A stretch of 64,000 bases of DNA from a virus: the IMG/VR virus record IMGVR_UViG_3300050014_000899, one strand, 5' to 3'. Position numbers and translations under genes: made by a program. The notes beneath the pieces are model-generated. The model was given only the letters and a program-made list of their open reading frames with translations. It was not told where the DNA came from and did no database searches. Positions within the stretch are counted from its first letter, which is position 1. The number at the start of each line of letters is the position of its first letter. Below are positions 39,734 through 50,027 of the stretch, piece after piece.

Positions 39734-40912
39734 ATGAATCAAATTATTAAAAGCATCCTAGATAATGACCTTTATAAATTTTCGATGCAATGCGCTGTCA
39801 TGCTACTTTTCCCAAGAGCTAAAGTTCGTTATAAGTTAATAGTTAGAACAAAGGTTGAATTCCCCGAGGGTTTTGCGGAAGAATTGAGAGAACAAATAAA
39901 TAGCATGAGGAATCTTAAACTTGGCGTAGAAGAAAAAACATTTTTCTCTTCTAGATGTAAGTATATGAATCCAATGTACTTCGATTTTCTCGAAGGCTAC
40001 AGATACAATCCTTCTGAGGTTGGGATCATTCAAAATGGTGGGGATCTTCAAATAAACATAGAAGGTTACTGGTATCGCACCATTCTCTGGGAAGTTCCTT
40101 TGATGGCTCTTATTTCAGAGTTATACTTCAAAATGACATTTCATTCAATTTATGATGAAACAACTCGTCATGATCATAATCAGAAAAAAGCAGCCCTTTT
40201 TAATTACAGCAATGTTAAGGTAGCTGATTTTGGAACTAGAAGAAGATATTCTTTCGACATCCAAAAAGAAATGGTAGAGGATCTTAGCCAAAGAATGAAT
40301 TCCGGCTTATTCGTTGGAACTTCAAATGTATTTCTTGCCTACAAATATAATTTAACTCCAATAGGCACTGAAGCTCATGAATGGTTTATGTTTCATGCCG
40401 CAAAATATGGTTTCCAGATGGCAACCGAGCTGGGACTTAAACATTGGTCAGATGTTTATCAAGGTGATCTTGGAACAGTTCTCTCGGATACATTTACTAC
40501 GGATGCTTTCCTGAAATCTTTTGGAAAGAAATATTCAAAACTTTATGATGGACCTCGACAGGATAGCGGAACAGAAATTGTAATTGCTCAGCAATTCATT
40601 GATCATTATAATAAAATGGGTATTGATCCTCTTTCGAAAACCATAGTTTTCTCCAATGCATTAACTCCTGAAAAAGCTATCGAAGTAAACAAATGGTGCA
40701 ACGGACAAATCAAATGTTCATTTGGAATTGGAACCAATTTAAGTAATGATATTGGAGCAGTTCCGCTGAATATGGTTATTAAGATGTCTGCTGCAAAGCC
40801 AGAACCAGAAGACGACTGGATTCCTACTATTAAACTTTCTGATGATGCAGGTAAACATACCGGAGATGAGAAAATGATTGAAGTTTGTAAATATCAACTT
40901 CATATAAAATAA
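39734..40912 (+). CDS. pncB: nicotinate phosphoribosyltransferase
   Basis: LDNDLYKFSM, DFGTRRR, GTSN, GTEAHEW, RQDSG, FGIGT, KLSD. Confidence 0.96.
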   Translation: MNQIIKSILDNDLYKFSMQCAVMLLFPRAKVRYKLIVRTKVEFPEGFAEELREQINSMRNLKLGVEEKTFFSSRCKYMNPMYFDFLEGYRYNPSEVGIIQNGGDLQINIEGYWYRTILWEVPLMALISELYFKMTFHSIYDETTRHDHNQKKAALFNYSNVKVADFGTRRRYSFDIQKEMVEDLSQRMNSGLFVGTSNVFLAYKYNLTPIGTEAHEWFMFHAAKYGFQMATELGLKHWSDVYQGDLGTVLSDTFTTDAFLKSFGKKYSKLYDGPRQDSGTEIVIAQQFIDHYNKMGIDPLSKTIVFSNALTPEKAIEVNKWCNGQIKCSFGIGTNLSNDIGAVPLNMVIKMSAAKPEPEDDWIPTIKLSDDAGKHTGDEKMIEVCKYQLHIK

Positions 40913-40963
40913 ATTTTTTTCCTACGGTTTTTATTTGTACATTGCGAGTCTAATACTTAATTT

Positions 40964-41887
40964 ATGAAGTATCCCGAAATAGTTGCCAAAACAAAACTTC
41001 TTTATACCGGAGGCGGTGTTCCACTTATCAAACCCGGAGTCTTCACAGACGAATTTATCGACGAACAGATTACTTTAGTAATGGATGAAAAGCTTCTTTC
41101 TGAAAGAGAAATAGATGCTATTGTTCGTTATTGTGTTGATAATAATCTTAATAAAGAGGATAGTGAAAAGCAACTCATGAAATTCCTCAATTGGAATTGC
41201 AAACCAGATGAAAAATTCTGGAGAGAAAGCGGTTCCATCATAATCAAAAAGGAATATTTCAAAACTTGTTCTGGGGAATCGGGAAAAATTCCATGGAATG
41301 CTCTTGGATGGGACGATGTTTTTGGGCCAGAAAGACATGAAACATTTTACAAGCAAAGGAGTTTAATATATGGTTTGGATAATGCCATCAAAACTCTAAG
41401 AGAACTCAGGAAGCAGAAGACTACCCTAAAGTCTCAGAATTCTTACATGTTTAAAAGTGCGGATGAGTATATCAAGGCTATTGAAAATGCCAAAAAAACC
41501 ATCGAAGCTGATGCTATTAAATTTTATAGGGATCCAAATCATTCATTCCAGGATCGTTTGAGTCTTTTTAACATGCTTGGCAAATCGGAGACCTATATCT
41601 TCCATCCTAAACATAAAGGATTGGATAAAATATTTGAGATTCACCAGGAACAAGGATACGTCGAAAGACATCAAAAATATTACTGCTGGGATGTTATCGA
41701 ATGGTGGATGAATCAGATGCTGGAAGGAAGATGCAAAATTGACTATTCAAGAAATCAGTATCACCCGGATCTTAAGCAAAAGAAAAGAAATTATGTTTCT
41801 TCTCAGGCAGCTATTGATAGGCTTTACAATTACTATCTAAATCTTCTGATTGTTGAAGGAGTTAGTGAATTTATATTTGACTGGTAA
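40964..41887 (+). CDS. hypothetical protein
   Basis: 307 aa ORF. Confidence 0.75.
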   Translation: MKYPEIVAKTKLLYTGGGVPLIKPGVFTDEFIDEQITLVMDEKLLSEREIDAIVRYCVDNNLNKEDSEKQLMKFLNWNCKPDEKFWRESGSIIIKKEYFKTCSGESGKIPWNALGWDDVFGPERHETFYKQRSLIYGLDNAIKTLRELRKQKTTLKSQNSYMFKSADEYIKAIENAKKTIEADAIKFYRDPNHSFQDRLSLFNMLGKSETYIFHPKHKGLDKIFEIHQEQGYVERHQKYYCWDVIEWWMNQMLEGRCKIDYSRNQYHPDLKQKKRNYVSSQAAIDRLYNYYLNLLIVEGVSEFIFDW

Positions 41888-42177
41888 TGAAAACAAAAAC
41901 AATCACAGTTTGCGATGCAATTCATATAAACGTACTTTGTGCGTATAATGATTATGCAGACATAAAATGCGGAGGTTCCCCAACATTAGGGTATGACTTT
42001 TTTGTCTCCCCAGATGAAGACAAACTCGCAATGACAAAATTTATTAAGAAATGTCTAAAAGAATATCAGAGACCATTTATCGGACTTGATTATGATATTA
42101 AGAAAGATTTCAAAATCGATAATCTCTGGACAAAAGAAGAAATTGAAGAATGTATTAAACAACACGCCGTATGTTAA
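41887..42177 (+). CDS. hypothetical protein
   Basis: ORF, coupled. Confidence 0.6.
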   Translation: MKTKTITVCDAIHINVLCAYNDYADIKCGGSPTLGYDFFVSPDEDKLAMTKFIKKCLKEYQRPFIGLDYDIKKDFKIDNLWTKEEIEECIKQHAVC

Positions 42178-42377
42178 AAAAGTATCGGGTTATCAGAGAT
42201 GTAACCTACAATGAATGTTCCTGGTTAGACCGGGATTTTATCGAAGGAGAAATCCTTTATGAATACACAGGTTATACCTATGGCTGCATAAGCTCTAATG
42301 GTATTGCTTTAACCGAAAGCCAAGATGGTGGAGAACCATTTTTCGAATTTCCGTATAATGCAGTGGAGGAAATGTAA
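42171..42377 (+). CDS. hypothetical protein
   Basis: ORF. Confidence 0.65.
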   Translation: MLKKYRVIRDVTYNECSWLDRDFIEGEILYEYTGYTYGCISSNGIALTESQDGGEPFFEFPYNAVEEM

Positions 42378-42378
42378 T

Positions 42379-42729
42379 ATGAAAGAAGAAAAAACTGAAG
42401 ACCCAACAAGTGAATTTGATCCTCTAGGACACTTATCTGGATTTGCTACAGCTAGAACTCATATTGAGATCTTAACGGTTCTCAAAGATAATCTCGATCA
42501 ATTCTCTAAAGATCATTTTACCTGGAAAAGAATATCTATCGTTGATCTAGGGAACCTGGACAAGATAACTTATGAAGTTTATTTTGATGGAGAACTCTTT
42601 TCAACTTATGCCGTTCCATTCGAAAAAATGCTGGTCTTAATAGTTGAAGCTCTTGAAACCGGATACAGATTAGGCGGTAAAACGATTATGAATTTAGTTA
42701 TTGACAGCATGAAAACTCCCGGAAAATGA
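42379..42729 (+). CDS. hypothetical protein
   Basis: ORF 42325-42729; likely start MKEEK. Confidence 0.65.
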   Translation: MKEEKTEDPTSEFDPLGHLSGFATARTHIEILTVLKDNLDQFSKDHFTWKRISIVDLGNLDKITYEVYFDGELFSTYAVPFEKMLVLIVEALETGYRLGGKTIMNLVIDSMKTPGK

Positions 42730-43007
42730 AAAAATTTCTATTACTTTTTATAATTATTCTCTTCTTTAGTCAATGCCAAATTAGTGTTAGGACTAGAGAA
42801 GCTGCTGCTCAAGATGCAATCGGTTCTCCCGAATATCAGGATCATCCTGCTACATCCTGGACAGTTCAAAAAGATGATGTGACCTATCGAGTTTTTTCCT
42901 TTGGAACTGGCTATAATAGCGCTGCTATTTATGTTGTTAATGTAACCAAAGAAAGACTTGAAATAGAAAAACTCAAATTGGAAATCGCTAAAATAAGAGG
43001 ATACTAA
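42726..43007 (+). CDS. putative lipoprotein
   Basis: MKKFLLLFIIILFFSQC signal. Confidence 0.6.
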   Translation: MKKFLLLFIIILFFSQCQISVRTREAAAQDAIGSPEYQDHPATSWTVQKDDVTYRVFSFGTGYNSAAIYVVNVTKERLEIEKLKLEIAKIRGY

Positions 43008-43008
43008 T

Positions 43009-43551
43009 ATGAAAGCAAGCGAGTACATAAACAAAAAACCGGAGCTTCAATATAAAGAACCAAAAAAGAGGTTCTTTACAGGAGACAATGTTTCAAAGAT
43101 TATTGGAAATATGGTCTCTCTTGTGATAGTTTTTCTTTTGCTATCTACCGGAAAATGGGCTATGGAATTTATGATTGATCACCAGCCAGTTAAATTAACA
43201 CAGGCTCAAATTGATAGTGCTGTTGTAAAACTGGTAAAACCTGATACTGTTCGCATTGTAAAACCAGACACTCTTACCATTCCGGTTGAATACAAATATG
43301 TTGACTCTCGTTTTACAAGTAACGGGGACACAACTTATTGGTTTCTTACAGGTCGTTTGTTTGGCCCAAATGATTATTCATATGGAATGACACGAGTAAT
43401 AAAGCTTCCCTATTCTCATTTTGATTTTTATCAAGCCACTCAAATGATTATTAAAAGGGATTCCAAAGCCAATGATGCTGTTATTGAATATTTTTCTCAG
43501 ATTTCCAAAGCAACTTTTATTAGTTACAACAAATATGCAAAACATAGTTAA
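43009..43551 (+). CDS. membrane-anchored hypothetical protein
   Basis: One hydrophobic helix. Confidence 0.65.
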   Translation: MKASEYINKKPELQYKEPKKRFFTGDNVSKIIGNMVSLVIVFLLLSTGKWAMEFMIDHQPVKLTQAQIDSAVVKLVKPDTVRIVKPDTLTIPVEYKYVDSRFTSNGDTTYWFLTGRLFGPNDYSYGMTRVIKLPYSHFDFYQATQMIIKRDSKANDAVIEYFSQISKATFISYNKYAKHS

Positions 43552-43552
43552 A

Positions 43553-45520
43553 ATGAAAAGAAACTTAACAATTTTATTCCTGTTTATCTCTCTGAACCTA
43601 TTTGCTCAGAAATCGATATTGGATACAATTCAAATAAAAGAGGTAGTTGTTACCGGATCTCATACAGCTTCAAAGGAAACTCCTTTCACAGTTCAAAATC
43701 TTGATTCTAAGGATATTAGTTTGAGATGCATTGGAGCAGAACCTGCTACGGTTTTATCCTCCACTCCCTCTGTTACCTTTTATTCAGATAATGGTTCTGG
43801 AACGGGCTATAATTATTATCGTCTAAGAGGAATCGATCAGACTCGTATAAATTCCACTCTTAATGGGGTTCCTCTTAATGAACCGGAAGACCAGGGAATT
43901 TACTACAATAACTTTGGCGGATTTCTAAATGCTGTTTCTGGTATACAGATAATTAGAGGTGCTGGGCTTTCCAAGCCCGGGGTTTCTTCTTATGGTGGAA
44001 GCATTGATTTTACATCTCTTGAATTCTCTAAAAAATGGAGTGGAGTTGCTCAAGTTACCGGAGGATCTTACAATACTCGACAAATAAACGGTCTTATAAA
44101 TAGCCCCAATTTCTTTCTTCAGTTTAATAAAAGCTATACTGATGGATACAAAGAAAGATCCCAAAATAGCACTAATTCAGCATTTTACGGAGGAAAAATA
44201 TCTAAGGGAAATAATGAATTTAAACTCTATGGCTTTGTAGGAGAACAGGAAAATGGTATGGCCTGGATGGGGGAACCGCTTGACAGTATAAAGAAAAATC
44301 CCAGATATAATTCTAATACTGATAAAGAAGTCGATCATTTTTTAGAAGTTCACAATCAGCTTAATTGGAAGAATGGAATTGTTCAAGCTACAGTTTATCA
44401 CACTTACTTAGATGGATGGTATACAACTGATATGGGGCATTTTGACCCTTCCCATAAAATGGGGGACTTGATTAATAAATTAGCTCTTAAATCTAATTGG
44501 TTTGGAACAAATTTAAATATCCAACCAAAATTAGGATTTCTTTATACCAACTTTGGATTAAGTGCTTACACGTATACTCGCGATCATGCAGGATCTTATA
44601 ATAAATACAATCCAGCGGAACCTTGGTATTATTCTTATAACAACTCAGGAACTAAAAATGAATTTGCCCCTTATGCAAAAGCCGAAATAAAACTTGGAGG
44701 ATTTGCTATTTATGGGGATGCTCAATACCGATTATCCAGTTTTTCTTATAGTGGATTGATGCCATTCGAAACTCAAAAATATAAATTCTTCAATTGGAGT
44801 GGCGGTATGTCCATGTCAACTGGCAACAAATCCTCAGCTTATTATGGGGTTGGTTTAACCCACAGAGAACCTTCAAGGTCTGATATGTTTGCAGGGATTG
44901 ACGATTTGGATACTTCCATGATAGTCAACATATTACCAGAACAGGCTTTAAGTAATGAGCTTGGATGGAAATATAGGGATGGCGATATTGCATTCAATGC
45001 AAATCTTTATTATATGGACTTTAAAAACGAGATAGTTCTTAATGGAAAAGTGGGCCCAAACTCTTTACTTCTTCACCAAAATGCTGCTAAATCTTTTAGA
45101 AGCGGACTGGAAATAGATGCTTCATGGAATATAAATCCATTATGGACCTTATCTACGACTAACTCATTCTCCTACAATCGAATAAAACAAAATGGAGAAA
45201 CATTTCAGCCAGTTTTAACTCCTTCAATAATGCTAAGTGGAGACATCATGTTTAATGTATGTAGGAGCGTGTATACGGGACTCAATGCAAGTTACATCGG
45301 TAAATCTTACATTGACTTTTCGAATGAGCACCAATTACCCTCCAATACCTCAGCAAACATTTATGCAGGGGTCAATTGGAAACAGTTTTCAATCCGAGGA
45401 GAAATCTATAATATTTTGGATCAGGTTAGTTTTGCCAGTGCTGTTATGTCCGGATCAGAACCAAGATACTTCGTACAATCCAGAAGAAGCGGGATATTAT
45501 CATTAACCTATAAATTTTAA
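43553..45520 (+). CDS. TonB-dependent outer membrane receptor (vitamin-uptake type)
   Basis: Signal peptide, EVVVTG TonB box, plug RLRGIDQTRIN..LNGVPLN...IQIIRG...YGGSI, C-terminal LTYKF. Confidence 0.9.
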   Translation: MKRNLTILFLFISLNLFAQKSILDTIQIKEVVVTGSHTASKETPFTVQNLDSKDISLRCIGAEPATVLSSTPSVTFYSDNGSGTGYNYYRLRGIDQTRINSTLNGVPLNEPEDQGIYYNNFGGFLNAVSGIQIIRGAGLSKPGVSSYGGSIDFTSLEFSKKWSGVAQVTGGSYNTRQINGLINSPNFFLQFNKSYTDGYKERSQNSTNSAFYGGKISKGNNEFKLYGFVGEQENGMAWMGEPLDSIKKNPRYNSNTDKEVDHFLEVHNQLNWKNGIVQATVYHTYLDGWYTTDMGHFDPSHKMGDLINKLALKSNWFGTNLNIQPKLGFLYTNFGLSAYTYTRDHAGSYNKYNPAEPWYYSYNNSGTKNEFAPYAKAEIKLGGFAIYGDAQYRLSSFSYSGLMPFETQKYKFFNWSGGMSMSTGNKSSAYYGVGLTHREPSRSDMFAGIDDLDTSMIVNILPEQALSNELGWKYRDGDIAFNANLYYMDFKNEIVLNGKVGPNSLLLHQNAAKSFRSGLEIDASWNINPLWTLSTTNSFSYNRIKQNGETFQPVLTPSIMLSGDIMFNVCRSVYTGLNASYIGKSYIDFSNEHQLPSNTSANIYAGVNWKQFSIRGEIYNILDQVSFASAVMSGSEPRYFVQSRRSGILSLTYKF

Positions 45521-45524
45521 AATC

Positions 45525-45878
45525 ATGTTAGACGCATCAGGTCCAGCAAAAGAAATCAAGCCGATATTACCGAAAGAAATAGACGATGCTAAATCGGCAA
45601 CAGTCCATCCAAAGCTTATTGAAGCTGCCAACAATCTGATTGTTAAGGAATGGAATGGATATAGTGCTAATTTCAAGTTGAAAGAATTGGTTGCTGAATT
45701 TGTCAGGATTACTGAAGATGAGGTAACTGAATCTGCTAAAAGTCGGGTTTATAAAGACCAGAATTTGAATATTGAAGATATTTTCCGTAAAGCTGGATGG
45801 AAAGTCAATTATGACAGTCCAGGTTACAATGAAAGCTACGATGCTTATTTTGAATTCACAAAAAAGAAAAAATCATGA
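45525..45878 (+). CDS. hypothetical protein
   Basis: ORF. Confidence 0.7.
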   Translation: MLDASGPAKEIKPILPKEIDDAKSATVHPKLIEAANNLIVKEWNGYSANFKLKELVAEFVRITEDEVTESAKSRVYKDQNLNIEDIFRKAGWKVNYDSPGYNESYDAYFEFTKKKKS

Positions 45879-46393
45879 ATGCAATGACAATTGGAATGTT
45901 TGGAACCTGCGGTGGTTCAAAATGGAGAGATCGTTTTATAAAAGAATATCAATCTCAGGGTATACCTTTCTTTAATCCTCAGAAGGATAATTGGAAACCT
46001 GAAGATGCAATAACAGAAGCAGAACATCTGGCCAATGATAGAATTATGCTATTTCCAGTTACTGATGAAACTTATGCTTTTGGGAGTCTCGGAGAGGTTG
46101 GCTTTTCTATTCTGAATGCCCTCAAACTTAATTCAAATAGGGAAATAATCGTAATGATCGATCCTGAGGTCAATGTTGAACACGAGAATGCAGTACTTGC
46201 AGAGATCATCATGTATGATGCCCAGAAAAAAGATAGCTTGAGAGCAAGAAAGCTTGTAATGGAGCATCTCCGCAAAATTAGTCATCCAAATGTTTATATG
46301 GTAGACAACCTTGCAGACATGCTTTGGCTTAGCATAGATCTTTACAATCTTCAGATTCTTAAAGATTCTGCCAGAAAAAAATACGCAATATAA
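45875..46393 (+). CDS. nucleoside 2-deoxyribosyltransferase-like protein
   Basis: FGT..GSKWR...FFNPQ..NW...E.EHL...SLGEVG. Confidence 0.7.
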   Translation: MNAMTIGMFGTCGGSKWRDRFIKEYQSQGIPFFNPQKDNWKPEDAITEAEHLANDRIMLFPVTDETYAFGSLGEVGFSILNALKLNSNREIIVMIDPEVNVEHENAVLAEIIMYDAQKKDSLRARKLVMEHLRKISHPNVYMVDNLADMLWLSIDLYNLQILKDSARKKYAI

Positions 46394-46427
46394 TTTTTTA
46401 TTCAAGGAATAATTAGTACATTTGGAT

Positions 46428-46952
46428 ATGAAAGAAATTGAAGGCAATCTTATTGCTTTAATGAAAGAGTTTAAATTCCAGGTTATGGCTCATGGTGCAA
46501 ATTGTTTTTGTACGATGGGTGCTGGTATAGCTAAGCAGGTAAGGGAAGAATTTCCAGAAGCATGGGAAGCTGATCAGAAAACAATCAAAGGAGATATTAC
46601 TAAGCTTGGCAATTATACTTTTGCCGACTATCGCTGGAATGGCCAATTTGCTTTCAGAGTGATAAATGCTTACACACAATATGGTCACAATCCTCTTGAA
46701 AAACCTTTCGATTATGAAGCTTTCACACTTTGCATGAGAAAGATCAATTTTAATCATAAAGGAATGACAATAGGCTTGCCTCTTATTGGTGCAGGTTTAG
46801 CCAGGGGTAATTGGGCAAGAATTGACCAAATCATCAAGGATGAATTAAAAGATATGGATGTTACCATTGTCAAATATGTTCCTTATGGTGCTGAAAATGC
46901 CAATAAAATCAATCAACTTTTGAAAAGCTTTGATGATGGGCAGACCAAGTAA
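46428..46952 (+). CDS. macro domain (ADP-ribose) protein
   Basis: HGANCFCTMGAGIA, NAYTQ, PLIGAGLARG. Confidence 0.92.
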   Translation: MKEIEGNLIALMKEFKFQVMAHGANCFCTMGAGIAKQVREEFPEAWEADQKTIKGDITKLGNYTFADYRWNGQFAFRVINAYTQYGHNPLEKPFDYEAFTLCMRKINFNHKGMTIGLPLIGAGLARGNWARIDQIIKDELKDMDVTIVKYVPYGAENANKINQLLKSFDDGQTK

Positions 46953-47265
46953 ATATCCTCGATTCGTTATGATGATGCAAGATGGCAAGAAAGGATGTGC
47001 CATGATATTGCAGAGAAATGATGATTATGGAACACGAAGACCTGAATGGGAATATTGGAGGGATGGGGGTGAATGGGGAATCCATATTCGAGAGGAAAAT
47101 GGAAAACTGGTTTCAGATGCAAAACGTTATGGCGAGGATCTTCAATATTTGGATGGACAAGAATTAATTCCGATCACTGAAGCCGAATGGAAAGAAGATA
47201 ACGGACGATATGCTAGAAGTTTAAAAACCCACAAAAAAATAAAGACCGATGAACTTCCTTATTAG
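46930..47265 (+). CDS. hypothetical protein
   Basis: ORF. Confidence 0.6.
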   Translation: MMMGRPSKYPRFVMMMQDGKKGCAMILQRNDDYGTRRPEWEYWRDGGEWGIHIREENGKLVSDAKRYGEDLQYLDGQELIPITEAEWKEDNGRYARSLKTHKKIKTDELPY

Positions 47266-47393
47266 TCTTATAATCATTATCATTGCTATAGAATTCATTT
47301 ACAAGCCAAGATTAGACTTGACCGTAAATAAAAATTTAATTCTATGGTATGGGAGAAAAAAGAGAACCCCTATAATTTTACACTGTTTTTAAA

Positions 47394-47705
47394 ATGGACT
47401 TTGAAAGACATACAGAAGACCCTCTAAAATCGATGGGTATTGGAGTTGATGCTCGATTAAAAGATCTAGGGTGTAAATTCGTACGTACTCAGCATGGGGA
47501 GCCTATTTTTGTTAAAGGGGATGATCCCCAGACAACTGTTTCGGTTAGACCTGTAAATTGGAATGCTGAACAATTAAGAGCTATAGCAGATTATTTAGAT
47601 GCTCATCCTGAAGCTAATAAATGTATTGAGGTTATAGGGGAAGATAATTCCGCATTAAATGCACTGAAAAAATATACTCAAGCTTGCTCCGCTGGTCTTG
47701 GATGA
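47394..47705 (+). CDS. hypothetical protein, FxR-DP-IG N-terminal motif family
   Basis: MDFERHTEDPLKSMGIG. Confidence 0.65.
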   Translation: MDFERHTEDPLKSMGIGVDARLKDLGCKFVRTQHGEPIFVKGDDPQTTVSVRPVNWNAEQLRAIADYLDAHPEANKCIEVIGEDNSALNALKKYTQACSAGLG

Positions 47706-47827
47706 AATTAATGATGAACTGGATGCATTTGGAAATTGATAAATTATGATAAAAGGATTTGCACCCTTATGTCCTTTATGAAATAGCCAAAAACTTTATT
47801 TATTTTCGGATATATAAAATAAAAACA

Positions 47828-48607
47828 ATGTATATTCCGGAATTTGAAACAATTAAAATTGAAATTAATAATTATCAAAATAGGGGATTTTTCTCTAAAC
47901 TTTTAAATAAGGAGGTACGGGTAGGAGAAATTGTTGATGTTCATTGGTTATTATTGAGGAAAACCCATTATCGAAGAAATAAGATAAAGATAAAATGTGA
48001 TGGGTGTTCTTCTATAATAGAAAGAGAAATTAGGCATTTAAATATAAATAATTTTAATCATTTTTGCAAAAAATGTTCTAAAATAGGGAATAAAAATCCT
48101 GCATTTGGAAAACCCCAACACCCAAATATTGCAAAAGGGTTAAAAGATTTTATGGATGAATTTGGAAATCCGTCTACATGGGAATCAACAAAAGAAAAAT
48201 TAAGGGAAAAAAGAAAATTACAGGTGATGCCCAAAGGCTGGCATGCATCGGAGGAGACAAAAAAAAGAATGAGTGCCGGAATTAGATTAGCTTATAAAGA
48301 AGGGAGAATTTCGCCTTCTAAAAAATGGGGAAATTCAAAAATATTATTTTATAATGAAATTGGTTATCAAAGTACTTATGAATTAAAATTTTTAAAATAT
48401 TGTGAGGGAATAGGAATATTTGATAAAATTGAAAGGGGGCCTAAGATTCAATATATCGGATTAGATGGAAAATCGCATACATATTTTGTAGATTATAAAT
48501 TAAAAAATAGCAATAAAATTTTTGAAATAAAAAGTTCTTATATTTATAATAAACACCCTAAAATAACAGAATTGAAAAAAGAAGCAGCTTCTAAATTATA
48601 TGATTAA
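47828..48607 (+). CDS. PD-(D/E)XK (TnsA-like) endonuclease
   Basis: YQSTYELKF...YFVDY...EIKS; CxxC motifs. Confidence 0.7.
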   Translation: MYIPEFETIKIEINNYQNRGFFSKLLNKEVRVGEIVDVHWLLLRKTHYRRNKIKIKCDGCSSIIEREIRHLNINNFNHFCKKCSKIGNKNPAFGKPQHPNIAKGLKDFMDEFGNPSTWESTKEKLREKRKLQVMPKGWHASEETKKRMSAGIRLAYKEGRISPSKKWGNSKILFYNEIGYQSTYELKFLKYCEGIGIFDKIERGPKIQYIGLDGKSHTYFVDYKLKNSNKIFEIKSSYIYNKHPKITELKKEAASKLYD

Positions 48608-49604
48608 AGGATTTGTTTGTGGGAAATGGAGTCCATTTCACAAGGGACATGAAGCATTAATTGATTATGCTAAATCTAATTGTGATCAATTAACTATTTT
48701 GATCACAACTCTTCCTGATGAAACTATTCCATATAAATATCGTCTTAAATGGATTCTTTCCACTTATCTTGATGATCCTAAAGTGGATATTTTGGCAGAC
48801 GTAATAGAAGAACCTGATATTCAAGGTGATGCTCTTTCAGGATGGTGGGGAAATTATGTAAAGTCTAAATATGGCCAATTTGATCGAGTATTCACTTCAG
48901 AAGATTATGGAGATGTGTTTGCTAAATCAATGGGAGCTGTTCACTGGAATTTTAATCAGGGCCGAACCATTGTTCCTGTAAGTGCTACTATAATTCGAAA
49001 CAAACCATTTAAATATTGGGACTACATTAATAGTTTTGCCAAAGATTATTTCGTTAAGAAGATTGCTATTGTTGGAACTGAATCAACTGGTAAGACCACA
49101 ATGTGCAAGAGATTAGCAGAAAAATATAATACGGTTTGGGTTCCTGAAATGGGTAGAGAATTAGTTCCGGATACCAGAAAATGTACCGTAGATGATCTTA
49201 AATTGGTTGCTTCGGAACATGCCAAAAGTATTATCAGACATACTCGTTTAGCTAACAAACTTCTTTTCATAGACACGGATGTTAATATCACTAAGAGTTA
49301 TTCTGAATTCTTATTTGGCAAATCTCTTAAGGTTGAACCCTGGGTAGAAAAAGCAAACGATGTAGATTATTACATCTACTTATCCCCAGATGCCCCGTAT
49401 GTGAATGATGGAACTAGAATCGAAAAAGATAGAAGAGACGAACTCGATAAGAGCCACCATAAAATGTTAAATAGAAAATTATTACATGAATTTAGGTGGA
49501 ATTCAGGAGGATATAATGAATTTACAGCTGAACAAAAATACGAAGAAAGATTCAAAGAAGTAACATATCACTTGAATCAATTCATTTATACATTCCAAGA
49601 TTAA
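48600..49604 (+). CDS. nadR: NadR-type NMN/NaMN adenylyltransferase - ribosylnicotinamide kinase
   Basis: GKWSPFHKGH, FTSEDYG, VSAT.IR; P-loop GTESTGKTT, DTD, YVNDGTR. Confidence 0.93.
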   Translation: MIKGFVCGKWSPFHKGHEALIDYAKSNCDQLTILITTLPDETIPYKYRLKWILSTYLDDPKVDILADVIEEPDIQGDALSGWWGNYVKSKYGQFDRVFTSEDYGDVFAKSMGAVHWNFNQGRTIVPVSATIIRNKPFKYWDYINSFAKDYFVKKIAIVGTESTGKTTMCKRLAEKYNTVWVPEMGRELVPDTRKCTVDDLKLVASEHAKSIIRHTRLANKLLFIDTDVNITKSYSEFLFGKSLKVEPWVEKANDVDYYIYLSPDAPYVNDGTRIEKDRRDELDKSHHKMLNRKLLHEFRWNSGGYNEFTAEQKYEERFKEVTYHLNQFIYTFQD

Positions 49605-50026
49605 TGCTGGAATTTCCATTACCTGATCCTGAGAATGACGATCCATTTGGGGTAAAAGATTTGATGGATCAATTAAGGAAGGATGCGCCTAATCTCTCAG
49701 AAGAAGAATTTGATAGAAGACAATCGGAATTACTTGATATAGCGGGGTTTAGAAAGGTTCAGGAACGCCCGGATTTAATGAATGGATGGGTTGAACCAGA
49801 TGGAACTTTTCATAGATTGCTTAAACCAGATTGGCATGAAATGTGGTCTCTTGAGAAGTTTGGTATAAGACACAGAGAATTAATGTATAGGGGATGGGTT
49901 AAAGTTACCCAATGGGATAGGCAAGATAAATCCGTTGGCATGTATTTTACAGAACTCACTCCAGAACAAGAAAATAAATTAAAGGAACTAAACGTTAGAT
50001 TTTCAGAAATTTCAAGATTTTATTAA
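49604..50026 (+). CDS. hypothetical protein
   Basis: ORF, coupled. Confidence 0.7.
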   Translation: MLEFPLPDPENDDPFGVKDLMDQLRKDAPNLSEEEFDRRQSELLDIAGFRKVQERPDLMNGWVEPDGTFHRLLKPDWHEMWSLEKFGIRHRELMYRGWVKVTQWDRQDKSVGMYFTELTPEQENKLKELNVRFSEISRFY

Positions 50027-50027
50027 T

